Of a DNA stretch of 64,000 bases, positions 47,509-56,738 are shown one piece after another. A program made the translations under genes and the position numbers. Under the pieces are notes generated by a model, which did not search any database, was not told the origin of the DNA, and worked only from the letters and a program-made list of their open reading frames with translations. Positions within the stretch are counted from its first letter, which is position 1; every line of letters starts with the position of its first letter. This DNA is from Minisyncoccia bacterium (GTDB taxonomy: Bacteria; Patescibacteriota; Minisyncoccia; Phycocordibacterales; UBA918): contig JBKJIT010000004.1 in assembly GCA_046598345.1 (NCBI GenBank), forward strand, positions 69,702 through 133,701, given 5' to 3'.

Positions 47509-47952
47509 CTACCGGATTCTGCTTTTGAATTGAGGATCGTTTCGCAAATCTGAAGATACTAAGGTGATTAAAATTGGAGCGCGCGTTACTACCACAGAAG
47601 CTATTTCTCTATCACCTCGAAGCTCTGTAGATGCCCAATTAAAGGCGTAGGGCGCCTGTTTTACCGCTTCAAGCACAACCTCACGATCGTTTTGAAGATT
47701 TTCAGAGGCATACTGAAGTAAAGCGCCGTCTATTTTTACTCTTTCTAATACAAATTTTTTATCATCAGCATACTTTTCCCAGTCCCGAGCTTCATTTTCT
47801 GAAAGTGCTTCGGTCTGAGCATCTGCATATTTTTCTGCATTTTCAAATGCCTCTTTAGCAGCATCAAATTCATCACTTGTAACTTGGCGAATCTGTTCAG
47901 GTTTTTCTGGTGTCATATATTCTATTGAATCATACAACTTCAAAATGTACAC
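47509..47952 (-). CDS. DUF4116-repeat protein
   Basis: 'LQNDREVVLEAVKQAPYAFNWASTELRGDREIASVVV...LRNDPQF' repeats. Confidence 0.45.
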   Translation of the reverse strand: MYILKLYDSIEYMTPEKPEQIRQVTSDEFDAAKEAFENAEKYADAQTEALSENEARDWEKYADDKKFVLERVKIDGALLQYASENLQNDREVVLEAVKQAPYAFNWASTELRGDREIASVVVTRAPILITLVSSDLRNDPQFKSRIR

Positions 47953-48062
47953 CTCAGTGAGTGGAGTAGAATCGAAGCTTACAGCTTCAGTACCCGTTAC
48001 GGCTACTTTTCTTCACTGCGCTCTAAAAGATAGCTTGCAACGGCTTCGATTCCCTGGACTAT

Positions 48063-48089
48063 GCTCCATTGGTCAGCCCTATGACAACA
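48063..48089 (+). repeat. 27-bp motif GCTCCATTGGTCAGCCCTATGACAACA (copy 1), left boundary of the KaiC cassette
   Basis: 26/27 identical to copies at 55979, 56034 and 56531; contains the stop codon of the GAF kinase. Confidence 0.6.
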
Positions 48090-49323
48090 TCTCAACCCTC
48101 GCAGCCTCTCTATGGTCATTCTTTTGAAGTGGAAGTGAAAATGAAAATATCGAACCTACCCCTAGCTCACTCTGGACATCCAGTGTTCCATTATGAGCCT
48201 TAATGATATCGCTACAAATATAAAGGCCGAGACCTAGGCCAATCGTTTTCGTGTCAGTTCGTACTCGGTAGAATCGATCAAATATTTTAGTACAATCTGC
48301 TTTAGCGATACCGTGACCAAAATCCTTTACACTTACTATAGCTTCAGAACTTGTCTGATTAACAGTAATTTCGATTCTTTCTGATTGTGGAGCATATTTA
48401 ATTGCATTGCCTAGCAAGTTAGTTAACACTTGGGTTATTTTATCTTTGTCTGCGTGAACAATAAGGTTTGTATGCGAATACATGAGTACAAATTTTTGCG
48501 ATGAGTGATTTTGAAAATAGTTAACTGCATCGTTAACAAGCTGATTTAGATCGAAGTTTTCTTTTTGCAGATGTACTTCTCCATTTTTGAGGGCACGTAT
48601 ATCAAAAAGACGAGTCACAAGCGAGTCGAGATGATCTATTTGGGTATCAATGTTCCCAACATCCATATCTAAATCCTCGGAATTGTTTGTGGAAAGTTTG
48701 TGTTGCAACAATTGTGTATATGCTTTCAAACTTGTAAGAGGTGTTCTAATTTCATGAGCAGCTATTAAGACAAACTCGTCCAATGCGGATGCTGCTTGAC
48801 GTAATTCAATTTCAGTCAGCACGGATTTCGACAGTTCGACTAAGATTTCTAATTCATCTTCAGTCCAGATTCTTTTCTTATAATCAACTACACAGCACGT
48901 ACCAAGAATAAGCCCTTGTTTTGTGATAAGCGGAATGCCTGCGTACGCAACTACACCTAGGTAATGCACCGAGGGGAAGTGACGAAAAATTTCTGATTCG
49001 CGTGCGTCCTCCAAGACAAGTGGTTCACCACTGTCGACAATATGCTGGCAAAATGATGGGTGGGCAGTAATTTCTCTACTTTCCGCAAGTGGAGCAGGGA
49101 GCCCGAAATGACTCTTTAAAAAATCACGATCCTTTTCAAGTATTGTCACAAACGAAATGGGGGTTTTAAGGAGTTTCGATGCTAATCGTGTAAGCCGGTC
49201 AAACGCCTCTTCTTCGCCAGTATCAATTAAATTTATTTTCTTTACAGCATTTAATCGACGCGCATTATTGACCGTATCACGAATTTTTTTGATGTGACCA
49301 TCTATGGGAGAATCATTCGACAT
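48079..49323 (-). CDS. GAF-domain sensor histidine kinase
   Basis: GAF region; HisKA 'IAAHEIRTPLTSLKAYTQLL'; HATPase_c 'LLGNAIKYAP...VKDFGHGI...GLGLGLYICSDIIKAHNG'. Confidence 0.8.
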   Translation of the reverse strand: MSNDSPIDGHIKKIRDTVNNARRLNAVKKINLIDTGEEEAFDRLTRLASKLLKTPISFVTILEKDRDFLKSHFGLPAPLAESREITAHPSFCQHIVDSGEPLVLEDARESEIFRHFPSVHYLGVVAYAGIPLITKQGLILGTCCVVDYKKRIWTEDELEILVELSKSVLTEIELRQAASALDEFVLIAAHEIRTPLTSLKAYTQLLQHKLSTNNSEDLDMDVGNIDTQIDHLDSLVTRLFDIRALKNGEVHLQKENFDLNQLVNDAVNYFQNHSSQKFVLMYSHTNLIVHADKDKITQVLTNLLGNAIKYAPQSERIEITVNQTSSEAIVSVKDFGHGIAKADCTKIFDRFYRVRTDTKTIGLGLGLYICSDIIKAHNGTLDVQSELGVGSIFSFSLPLQKNDHREAARVEMLS

Positions 49324-49398
49324 AAAGCAATTATATATTAAAACGAGTATTTGAGGTAAAAATGAAAATTTTCATCTCGTATTCATTTTTCCCTATAG

Positions 49399-49426
49399 GT
49401 GACCCACATTAGTGCGAATTGGAACC
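49399..49426 (-). promoter_or_regulatory. Conserved 28-nt upstream motif (copy 2) GTGACCCACATTAGTGCGAATTGGAACC
   Basis: See copy 1; 76 nt upstream of the GAF-kinase start, in the divergent region shared with kaiC. Confidence 0.35.
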
Positions 49427-49614
49427 AACTATTCAAAAACATGTTGATATTTGATTAATCGAGAACAGACGATTCATGATTATTTCATCGGAGTCGAGTA
49501 AACTACTTTAGTGTGATCGCACTGTCGAAAGAAGAATGGCGTACCTTCTCGTGAAACAAGCATTAATCGGAACATTATCAGAGCACAACGATTCCCTAAG
49601 ATTATGATTATTGT

Positions 49615-51123
49615 ATGCCTAAAACTCCTAAGAAAAAACTTGCCTCTAACCAGAAGCACTTAGACAAATGCCCCACTGGCATCAAAGGCTTAGACGAGGT
49701 TACCGAAGGCGGGTTTCCGAAAAATAGAACCACATTAATTTCCGGAGGTGCCGGCTCTGGAAAAACCCTTTTGGGGATTGATTTTCTTATCAAAGGTGCA
49801 AGCGATTTTAACGAGCCAGGCGTCTTCATGTCCTTTGAGGAGACACAAGATGACCTGTATAAAGATGTGGCTTCTCTAAGCCTTGATTTACCAGGACTTG
49901 TTTCACGAAAAAAGATTCTGATTGAGCATGTGATTCTCGATCGCAAAGATATTCGAGAGGGCGACTTCAATCTTGAGGGGATACTCGTTCGTCTGGAACA
50001 TGCCATTGATTCGATTGGAGCAAAACGCATTGTTTTAGATTCTATCGAATCTCCCTTTGCAAGCATCGCCGATGCCGGCATTCTTCGAATAGAGATCAAA
50101 AGACTTTTTAAGTGGCTTAAAGACAAACACGTTACAGCAATCGTTACTGGCGAGCCAGGACGAGGTGCGTATACTCGTCATGGCCTCGAGGAGTTCGTCT
50201 CCGACTGCATTATTCTGCTCGATAATAGAGTTAAAGAACAAATTGCTATCCGTAGACTTCGTATCGTCAAATATCGGGGTTCAAACCATGGAACAAACGA
50301 ATATCCATTCGTCATTGATCAATCGGGGCTTTCTGTAATTCCGATCACCTCAGCAGGACTTAATCAGCCGGGCATTGCCAAAAAAGTCTCAACAGGAATT
50401 CCATCGTTGGACAAAATGTTTAAGGGAAAACCCGGATATACCAAAGGCAGCACGATACTGGTTTCGGGCACTGCAGGCACAGGCAAAACAAGCCTGGCTG
50501 CTGCATTCGCACTAGCGAGCTGTAAACGGGGAGAGCGGTGTCTATTCTTGTCGTATGAAGAATCTTCCGGGCAACTCATACAAAACATGAGTTCTATAGG
50601 TATTCATTTTGAGCCCTGGGTAAAAAAAGGACTCTTAAAGATTGTCTCGGTGAGGCCTTCTTTTTTTGGCCTAGAGATGCACTTGCTTGATTTATACAAG
50701 CTTGTTGACAGTTTTAAACCAAAATCTGTCGTCATAGATCCTCTGACGAGTCTCATTGGAGAGGGGGACGAGCGTGAAATCAGATCTATGATCACTCGCA
50801 TGATTGACCTCTTAAAGTCGAAAGCCATCACTACGTTTTTCACATCTCTTGTTTCTGCATCACAGTATAATGACACGAGCGGTGAGATCGGCGTTTCTTC
50901 CCTAATAGACACGTGGATCGTAGTGAGAGAATTAGAAGAAGAAGTAGGAAAAAAACGTATTCGTGGAATCTTCATTGTGAAGTCTCGTGGCACTGGGCAT
51001 GAGAGTGACGTCCATAAGTTGATTTTGAGTGATGATGGAATTAGCATAATACCCATGGATCTTGCGAGCGCCAATGCGAAAAACAAGAATGACAAGAAGT
51101 TTACCCCTACCCCCCCCTCATGA
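49615..51123 (+). CDS. kaiC: KaiC-like double-RecA-domain ATPase
   Basis: Two Walker A motifs (ISGGAGSGKTLLG; VSGTAGTGKTSLA); catalytic-Glu-like 'SFEETQDD' and 'SYEESSGQ'; C-terminal 'GVSSLIDTWIVVRELEE' aligns with the KaiC phosphosite loop. Confidence 0.8.
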   Translation: MPKTPKKKLASNQKHLDKCPTGIKGLDEVTEGGFPKNRTTLISGGAGSGKTLLGIDFLIKGASDFNEPGVFMSFEETQDDLYKDVASLSLDLPGLVSRKKILIEHVILDRKDIREGDFNLEGILVRLEHAIDSIGAKRIVLDSIESPFASIADAGILRIEIKRLFKWLKDKHVTAIVTGEPGRGAYTRHGLEEFVSDCIILLDNRVKEQIAIRRLRIVKYRGSNHGTNEYPFVIDQSGLSVIPITSAGLNQPGIAKKVSTGIPSLDKMFKGKPGYTKGSTILVSGTAGTGKTSLAAAFALASCKRGERCLFLSYEESSGQLIQNMSSIGIHFEPWVKKGLLKIVSVRPSFFGLEMHLLDLYKLVDSFKPKSVVIDPLTSLIGEGDEREIRSMITRMIDLLKSKAITTFFTSLVSASQYNDTSGEIGVSSLIDTWIVVRELEEEVGKKRIRGIFIVKSRGTGHESDVHKLILSDDGISIIPMDLASANAKNKNDKKFTPTPPS

Positions 51124-51145
51124 GCAAGGAGTAATGTCGTAACAC

Positions 51146-51733
51146 ATGAAAACACTACGACCCAACTTCATTGTCGGTATTGGGGGCTCGGCCGGAGCTC
51201 TTAACGCATATAAGGCGCTCTTGGATGCCACGCCGCCCAAAACAGGGATGGCCTTAGTCATTATTTCTCATATGAATCCCGCCGCCAGCAGTGAGTTAGC
51301 GCACATTCTGTCGCGTCACACGAAAATGCCGGTCATGGTTGCTACCCAAGCGATGCCAGTCCGAAAGAATCACATCTACGTTATCGCCCCGAACTCGGAT
51401 ATTTACATTGAAAAATATACTTTCAAAGTCGTCTCCCCGCGCACAGAGAGGAATAAGCAAATAGATCTGTTTTTGACTTCGTTAGCAGAGGCTATGGGGG
51501 CACATGCTATCGGCGTTATCCTTTCGGGATTTGGTGGTGACGGTACGGAAGGATGCAAAAACATCAAAGCAAACAGGGGAACAACCTTTGCTCAGGACAA
51601 CTCGGCCGAAGTAGACGACATGCCGCTCAGTGCCCAGGCTTCAGGCTGTATTGATTTCGTTCTGCCACCTGACAAAATTTCAGTTGAACTACAAAAAATA
51701 GTAGGGACACACCTACGCGCCAACCGGGTTTAG
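51146..51733 (+). CDS. Stand-alone CheB-type protein-glutamate methylesterase (catalytic domain only)
   Basis: 'IVGIGGSAGA' Ser, 'ISHMNP' His, 'GFGGDGTEG' Asp; no receiver domain. Confidence 0.7.
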   Translation: MKTLRPNFIVGIGGSAGALNAYKALLDATPPKTGMALVIISHMNPAASSELAHILSRHTKMPVMVATQAMPVRKNHIYVIAPNSDIYIEKYTFKVVSPRTERNKQIDLFLTSLAEAMGAHAIGVILSGFGGDGTEGCKNIKANRGTTFAQDNSAEVDDMPLSAQASGCIDFVLPPDKISVELQKIVGTHLRANRV

Positions 51734-52105
51734 CGTGCCCGTACCCAAATGCTTTCCGACTGTAGTTAGCATATCCTGCATGGTATACGGCTTTTCCATA
51801 AAACCGTTTGCACCCGCTTCAAGTGCTGAGGCAGATGCATCAGGGTATGCCGAAATCATGATGATGGGAATATGTTTTGTGACTTGACGTGTTTTCAAAT
51901 GCCTGCAAACGTCAAGTCCGTTTACTCCTGCCATCCAGATGTCGAGGAGAATGAGATCGGGAAACGGGGCGTTTATTTTTTTGACCTCTTCTCCATTCAT
52001 GATCGAAGTTACTTCATACCCGCCATATTGAAGGACCATGGTAAGAGAAGCGACAATACCGTCATTGTCATCTGCCACTAAAACTTTTTTCTTTTGTTTA
52101 GCCAT
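51713..52105 (-). CDS. Single-domain response regulator (CheY-like receiver)
   Basis: 'KKVLVADDN', phospho-acceptor in 'LILLDIWMAG', 'IIMISAY', 'GFMEKPY'; 21-nt convergent overlap with the CheB gene. Confidence 0.85.
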   Translation of the reverse strand: MAKQKKKVLVADDNDGIVASLTMVLQYGGYEVTSIMNGEEVKKINAPFPDLILLDIWMAGVNGLDVCRHLKTRQVTKHIPIIMISAYPDASASALEAGANGFMEKPYTMQDMLTTVGKHLGTGTLNPVGA

Positions 52106-52147
52106 ATTGACCTTTTCATCTATTCAACAGAGGTGTTCATGTAGATG

Positions 52148-55100
52148 TCATGAATTTGCAGTGGCCTTACGTTTTGTTAGCTGTGGGAGGGGAAGTGTAA
52201 AGGTGAATGTAGAACCTTTACCTAAGATACTTTCGACCAGTATCTTGCCCTCGTGTTTCTCGATGATCTGGGCCGCAATAAATAATCCGAGCCCGAATCC
52301 TTCTGCTTTTTCACTCTTTGCAAAGCCGTTCTTTTCTTTTCCTCGGTAAAAGCGCTCAAAGATCGTTTTATGATCTGCCTTTTCAATCCCCAAGCCGAAG
52401 TCCTGAATGCTTACCACTGCATCTCCCGCATGTTCGCCCACGTGTACAATTACTTTTTTTCCGACAGGCGAATATTTGATTGCATTCGTGAGTAAGTTTA
52501 TCACCACCTGCTCAATGCGACTTGCATCAGCTACGACATGTCGTTTTACTCTGCCTTCTAGCGTAATCGTATGGTGCAGCGTGGTTTCCTTGATCGCACT
52601 TACAGTGCGTTCCATGAGTTTGTTGAGATCAAACTCTTCTTTATTAATTAAAAATTTTCCTGCTTGCATTTGGCTGAAACTCAGTAGATCACCGACCAAG
52701 TTCGTAAGCCTATCGCTCTGAGTGATGATGTGCTCAAGAATGACTGCGCTCTCTTTCTTTACGCTGCCTGAGAGCTTTTTTTGCAAAAGCTCGGTAAATG
52801 TCTTGATAGTTGTGACGGGCGTCTTTATTTCATGCGAGGCAATACCGATAAACTCCTCTTTCTGTTGCTCAAGTTCTTTGCGTCCGGTGATGTCGACAAA
52901 ACAATTAATCGCTCCGGTTATTTCTTCTTTTTCATTTTTAATTGGACGAATATTGATGATGACAGTGACCCGCGAACCATCGGGGCGCGCAATCTGAACT
53001 TCCAGATCACGTGCCTCGGGAATCTTGCCAGATAACACCTCGGCCATCGGAGTTACCTCGTGGGGCATGAACGTGCCGTCGGAGCGGTACAATTTGAACG
53101 AACCCCAGAAGCGCTCGTCGGTATCGCCACGCTGCGGGCTGCGGCCCCACAATTCCGTAGCATTGTGGTTGAAATCCCGAATCACGCCGTTTGCATCGCA
53201 GGAATAGAGCGCGATGGGGCCTAAGTCGAATAAAATGCGGTAGCGCTCTTCATTCTCTATAATTTTTTGATGAGCGAGAGCTTGTTCGGTTATATCCTCA
53301 ATGGCAAGTAGAATAAGCCCCGTTTTCCCTGCATCTTGAATCAGTTTGCGAGCATTCAAAAGGAGTACCTTGTGACCAATTGAGGGAAAGGTGTGCTCAA
53401 TCTCAAAGTTTTCCAATTTCGTATTTTTGGGTAGGATCTCCGTCAAAAGTGTGCGTAATTTTGGAATGTCCCACTGCCCATTGCCCAATTCGTAGAGGAA
53501 ATTTCCTTCCGTTTGCTCCTTTGATACCTGGAATGTCCGAAAAAAAGATTCATTCGCGCTTCTCACTCGCAAGTCGCTGTTGATGACGATTAACGACCCT
53601 CGCACCGTTTCAATAATCGCCTCAGTATATGCGCGGGACTCGTTCAGTTGCTCATTGCGTGTTTGCAGCTCTTGATTAATCGTGTTGAGCTCTTCGTTGG
53701 TTGACTCAAGTTCTTCACCGGACGTTTCCAATTCCTCATTGATACTCTGCAGCTCTTCGTTGCTTGAAAGGATTTCCTCGTTTGCAGATTGCAGCTCCTC
53801 AACTGCAGCTTCCTGTTCTTCCGCGAGGGATCGCTCGTTGTCACGTACCTGAGCAAGTTCTTTCTCGAGCACAGCGCTCCTACGGCTCTCCGTCTTCGAC
53901 CTACGAACGTTAGAGGCAGTCTGGCGGAGTGGAGAGTCCGCGGTATCGACTCTCTCTGGAGCCGTATGAAATATAACTAGGAAATGACGCTCTGCAGAAG
54001 TTTTATTTAAAGGAATCACTTCAATCGAGATGGCGTGTGCATGTGTTTCTGTCAGCAGCGTAACTTCTCTTTTAATAGAAAGACTGGTCCTTTTTGCTTT
54101 TAGAATTGCGCCGCGAAGCTCGGATATCAACCCTGCTCGCGCTACTTTTAAAAGATTGAATGTCGCTTTTCCCGTTGGAAATTGGAGATATTCCCCCGTG
54201 TCGCCTCGGAACTGCAGGATCTCATACTCGGCGTTAACCAGAACGCTCGCCGGCGCAAAGCGCCCGACCAGAATGGCATCAGCCTCATCTTGAATTCCAA
54301 TCGTCCGTGCAAGGGGAGTAGTCTCTCGGCTTGAGGGAGTGCGCTGTCGGCCCATCGCGCGCTCCTCGCGCGGAATAACGTCGGGTAATACTTTTCTCGT
54401 CCCAGTTTTTTTTGTGAAGACTTTACTTTTTTTCACAACCGGAATGAAGAGCTTTGGCGTCACCCCCACTGATTCTGATTTTCCTAGGATCAATACTCCC
54501 TCGCTCACAAGTGCATAATGAAGAGCCGACAAAATCCTATACTGCAAGCTCGTGTCCATATAGATAAGAACATTGCAGCAACTAACGATATCAATCCGCG
54601 AAAACGGCGGATCTTTCAGCAGATTGTGCAATGAAAAAACGCACATATCCCGTACATCCCTTCGTATTTGATATGCGCCATTTGTTTCGACGAAGTACCG
54701 CTCGAGACGTTGCGGTGACACGCCAATCACATCGCTTTTCGTGTATGTTCCGTGACGAGCCTTCGCAATTGCGACTTGGGCCAAATCAGTGCCAAATATT
54801 TGTAGAGGGATAGAGAGCGATTTGCTACTCATGAAGTCCAAAACAGTGATAGCAAGTGAATAGACCTCTTCTCCAGTTGCGCATCCCGCCACCCAGATGC
54901 GCAGAGGTTCTTTAGCGGTCTTGGCTTTAATCAGCTTCGGGAGAAGCTTTTGAGTTAAGGTGTTCAATGCAACTGGGTCTCGGAAGAAATCAGTAACATG
55001 TATGAGAATATCATTAAAGAGCGCGTCAGCTTCGGTGCCATTTCCCCGCAGAAAATTGAGGTAGTCTGCTGCAGTTTCCATCTTATTGATGATCATCCTG

Positions 55101-55900
55101 CGAGTGATACGTCGCGTCAGAGTTGTCTCTTTATAGTGGCTGAAGTCCACGCCGGTAGCCCGCAGAAGCTCCGCGATAATCCGCCGGTAATCGTCGAGTT
55201 TATGCAACTCTGTTTTAGAAAGTTCCGAATCACCCATCGTTACAAGCGGATGCTCGCTGAGGAGAGCGAGCTCTTCCGCTATTCTTTGCGGGGACAGCAC
55301 ATAATCAACGACGCTCGCTGAAATGGCAGATTGCGGCATGCTCTGATATTTTGCCGTAGTATCTTGCGCGAACGTGAGTCCGCCAGCCTCTTTTATCGCT
55401 CGCAGTCCTACCGTGCCATCGCTCGCAGTCCCCGAGAGCACAACTCCGATAGCTTTCTCCTGCCTTTCACTGACGAGCGAGATAAAAAAGTCATCGATGG
55501 GCATATTGAGCAATCCTTTTTCTTTCGGACGTGACAAGAGCATAAGCCTTTCTCCCTTGAGGGTCATGCACTTACCCGGCGGAATAACATAAATATGATC
55601 CGATGTAACGAGCGTTCCATTTTTCACTTCTGTGACAGGAATCTGAGTAAATCGTGCGAGTAACTCCACAAGCATACTTTTGTGGAGTGGGTCCAAATGT
55701 TGTATGAGGACATACGCCATGCCGGTTTTGAGCGGCAGAGATTCAATAAGGTTGCCAAATGCCTCGAGCCCACCCGCCGAAGCTCCTATACCAACAATGG
55801 GAACCGGTTGTAGGGTTTGTGTTTTCCTGCTACGCCGTACAAGAGCAGGTCTTTTTTTGCTTTTCTTGTCTAGCATACTCCTCGGTTTCATACCACCCAT
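52148..55900 (-). CDS. Multidomain CheB methylesterase / CheR methyltransferase / PAS / coiled-coil / histidine kinase fusion
   Basis: CheB 'IVGIGASAGGLEAF...IQHLDP...SGTASDGTVG'; CheR 'LRIWVAGCATGEEVYSLAI'; 'EELQSANEEILSSNEELQSINEELETSGEELESTNEEL' heptad repeat; HisKA 'IASHEIKTPVTTI'; HATPase_c 'LLTNAIKYSP...IQDFGLGI...GFGLGLFIAAQ'. Confidence 0.8.
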   Translation of the reverse strand: MGGMKPRSMLDKKSKKRPALVRRSRKTQTLQPVPIVGIGASAGGLEAFGNLIESLPLKTGMAYVLIQHLDPLHKSMLVELLARFTQIPVTEVKNGTLVTSDHIYVIPPGKCMTLKGERLMLLSRPKEKGLLNMPIDDFFISLVSERQEKAIGVVLSGTASDGTVGLRAIKEAGGLTFAQDTTAKYQSMPQSAISASVVDYVLSPQRIAEELALLSEHPLVTMGDSELSKTELHKLDDYRRIIAELLRATGVDFSHYKETTLTRRITRRMIINKMETAADYLNFLRGNGTEADALFNDILIHVTDFFRDPVALNTLTQKLLPKLIKAKTAKEPLRIWVAGCATGEEVYSLAITVLDFMSSKSLSIPLQIFGTDLAQVAIAKARHGTYTKSDVIGVSPQRLERYFVETNGAYQIRRDVRDMCVFSLHNLLKDPPFSRIDIVSCCNVLIYMDTSLQYRILSALHYALVSEGVLILGKSESVGVTPKLFIPVVKKSKVFTKKTGTRKVLPDVIPREERAMGRQRTPSSRETTPLARTIGIQDEADAILVGRFAPASVLVNAEYEILQFRGDTGEYLQFPTGKATFNLLKVARAGLISELRGAILKAKRTSLSIKREVTLLTETHAHAISIEVIPLNKTSAERHFLVIFHTAPERVDTADSPLRQTASNVRRSKTESRRSAVLEKELAQVRDNERSLAEEQEAAVEELQSANEEILSSNEELQSINEELETSGEELESTNEELNTINQELQTRNEQLNESRAYTEAIIETVRGSLIVINSDLRVRSANESFFRTFQVSKEQTEGNFLYELGNGQWDIPKLRTLLTEILPKNTKLENFEIEHTFPSIGHKVLLLNARKLIQDAGKTGLILLAIEDITEQALAHQKIIENEERYRILFDLGPIALYSCDANGVIRDFNHNATELWGRSPQRGDTDERFWGSFKLYRSDGTFMPHEVTPMAEVLSGKIPEARDLEVQIARPDGSRVTVIINIRPIKNEKEEITGAINCFVDITGRKELEQQKEEFIGIASHEIKTPVTTIKTFTELLQKKLSGSVKKESAVILEHIITQSDRLTNLVGDLLSFSQMQAGKFLINKEEFDLNKLMERTVSAIKETTLHHTITLEGRVKRHVVADASRIEQVVINLLTNAIKYSPVGKKVIVHVGEHAGDAVVSIQDFGLGIEKADHKTIFERFYRGKEKNGFAKSEKAEGFGLGLFIAAQIIEKHEGKILVESILGKGSTFTFTLPLPQLTKRKATANS

Positions 55901-55976
55901 TGTACGCGCGCCCGTGGAAATAGATAGGGTTTATTTTAAGCTAATTCGAGCCGTACACGGGCATGCTTGGAGAACC

Positions 55977-56090
55977 TAGCTCCATAGGTCAGCCCTATGA
56001 CAACAGAAAAAATTAATACGTCAAGATTTGTTAGCTCCATAGGTCAGCCCTATGACAACAGAAAAAATTAATACGTCAAGATTTGTGACC
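55977..56090 (+). repeat. Two tandem 57-bp units, each beginning with the 27-bp GCTCCATAGGTCAGCCCTATGACAACA motif
   Basis: 55977-56033 and 56034-56090 near-identical; third copy at 56530-56586. Confidence 0.7.
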
Positions 56091-56246
56091 TCCCGGAAAA
56101 TCGGGGTCAAGTTCCTAAGCTCGTTGCGACTCGCTAAGAACTTTCTCCCCGGTCTCCCTCGAGTAGGCTCTCAGTCCGACTTTCGATTCTCCTGGACTAA
56201 AATAGTAAAACCCCGCACAAGGCGAGGCTTTACTATTTCAGTGACC
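56085..56246 (+). repeat. Distal copy of ~160-bp unit: degenerate tRNA-Glu 3'-end copy (gtgacctcccggaaaatcg) + terminator-containing segment
   Basis: Near-identical to 56582-56737; ends with a partial 'gtgacc'. Confidence 0.6.
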
Positions 56247-56339
56247 CAATAGCGTGGCTTTCAGAACTTTATAAGGACCAACAATATATCAAATCGAGTA
56301 TTCAGTTATTAAGCGATTTTGTATCTTAATGATGTGTGA

Positions 56340-56537
56340 CTATAGAGAGTTATATGCCTCAACTTGATTATCATATTCAAACTTCACCATCTGAAAGTTC
56401 ATACCCCACTTATTTTTTGCTTTTACCATAATGTTTGGGTGCGCTGTTTGAGCCATTACCCAATCATATGCCTCAACTTGATTATCATATTCAAACTTCA
56501 CCATCTGGTAGTTGTCACCCCATTTTTGTAGCTCCAT
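56340..56537 (-). CDS. doubtful small ORF with internal repeat (YQMVKFEYDNQVEAY x2)
   Basis: 41-bp DNA direct repeat at 56353 and 56468; start codon lies inside the 27-bp motif; may be non-coding. Confidence 0.15.
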   Translation of the reverse strand: MELQKWGDNYQMVKFEYDNQVEAYDWVMAQTAHPNIMVKAKNKWGMNFQMVKFEYDNQVEAYNSL

Positions 56538-56581
56538 AGGTCAGCCCTATGACAACAGATAAATTTAATACGTCAAGTTTT

Positions 56582-56737
56582 GTGACCTCACGGAGAATCG
56601 GGGTCAAGTTCCTAAGCTCGTTGCGACTAGCTAAGAACTTTCTCCCCGGTCTCCCTCGAGAAGGCTCTCAGTCCGACTTTCGATTCTCCTAGACTAAAAT
56701 AGTAAAACCCCGCACAAGGCGAGGCTTTACTATTTCA
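56582..56737 (+). repeat. Proximal copy of ~160-bp unit beginning with an exact 19-nt copy of the tRNA-Glu 3' end
   Basis: gtgacctcacggagaatcg at 56582-56600 equals 56738-56756; remainder equals 56104-56246. Confidence 0.6.
56703..56724 (-). terminator. Rho-independent terminator just 3' of tRNA-Glu
   Basis: On - strand: CCTCGC-CTTGT-GCGGGG + TTTT; duplicated at 56204-56225. Confidence 0.55.
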
Positions 56738-56738
56738 G

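Noticed and set aside
52407-55979. Many 60-107-aa + strand ORFs across the CheB-CheR-kinase gene
   Set aside because: They are antisense to a 1250-aa ORF with multiple recognisable domains; no independent support.
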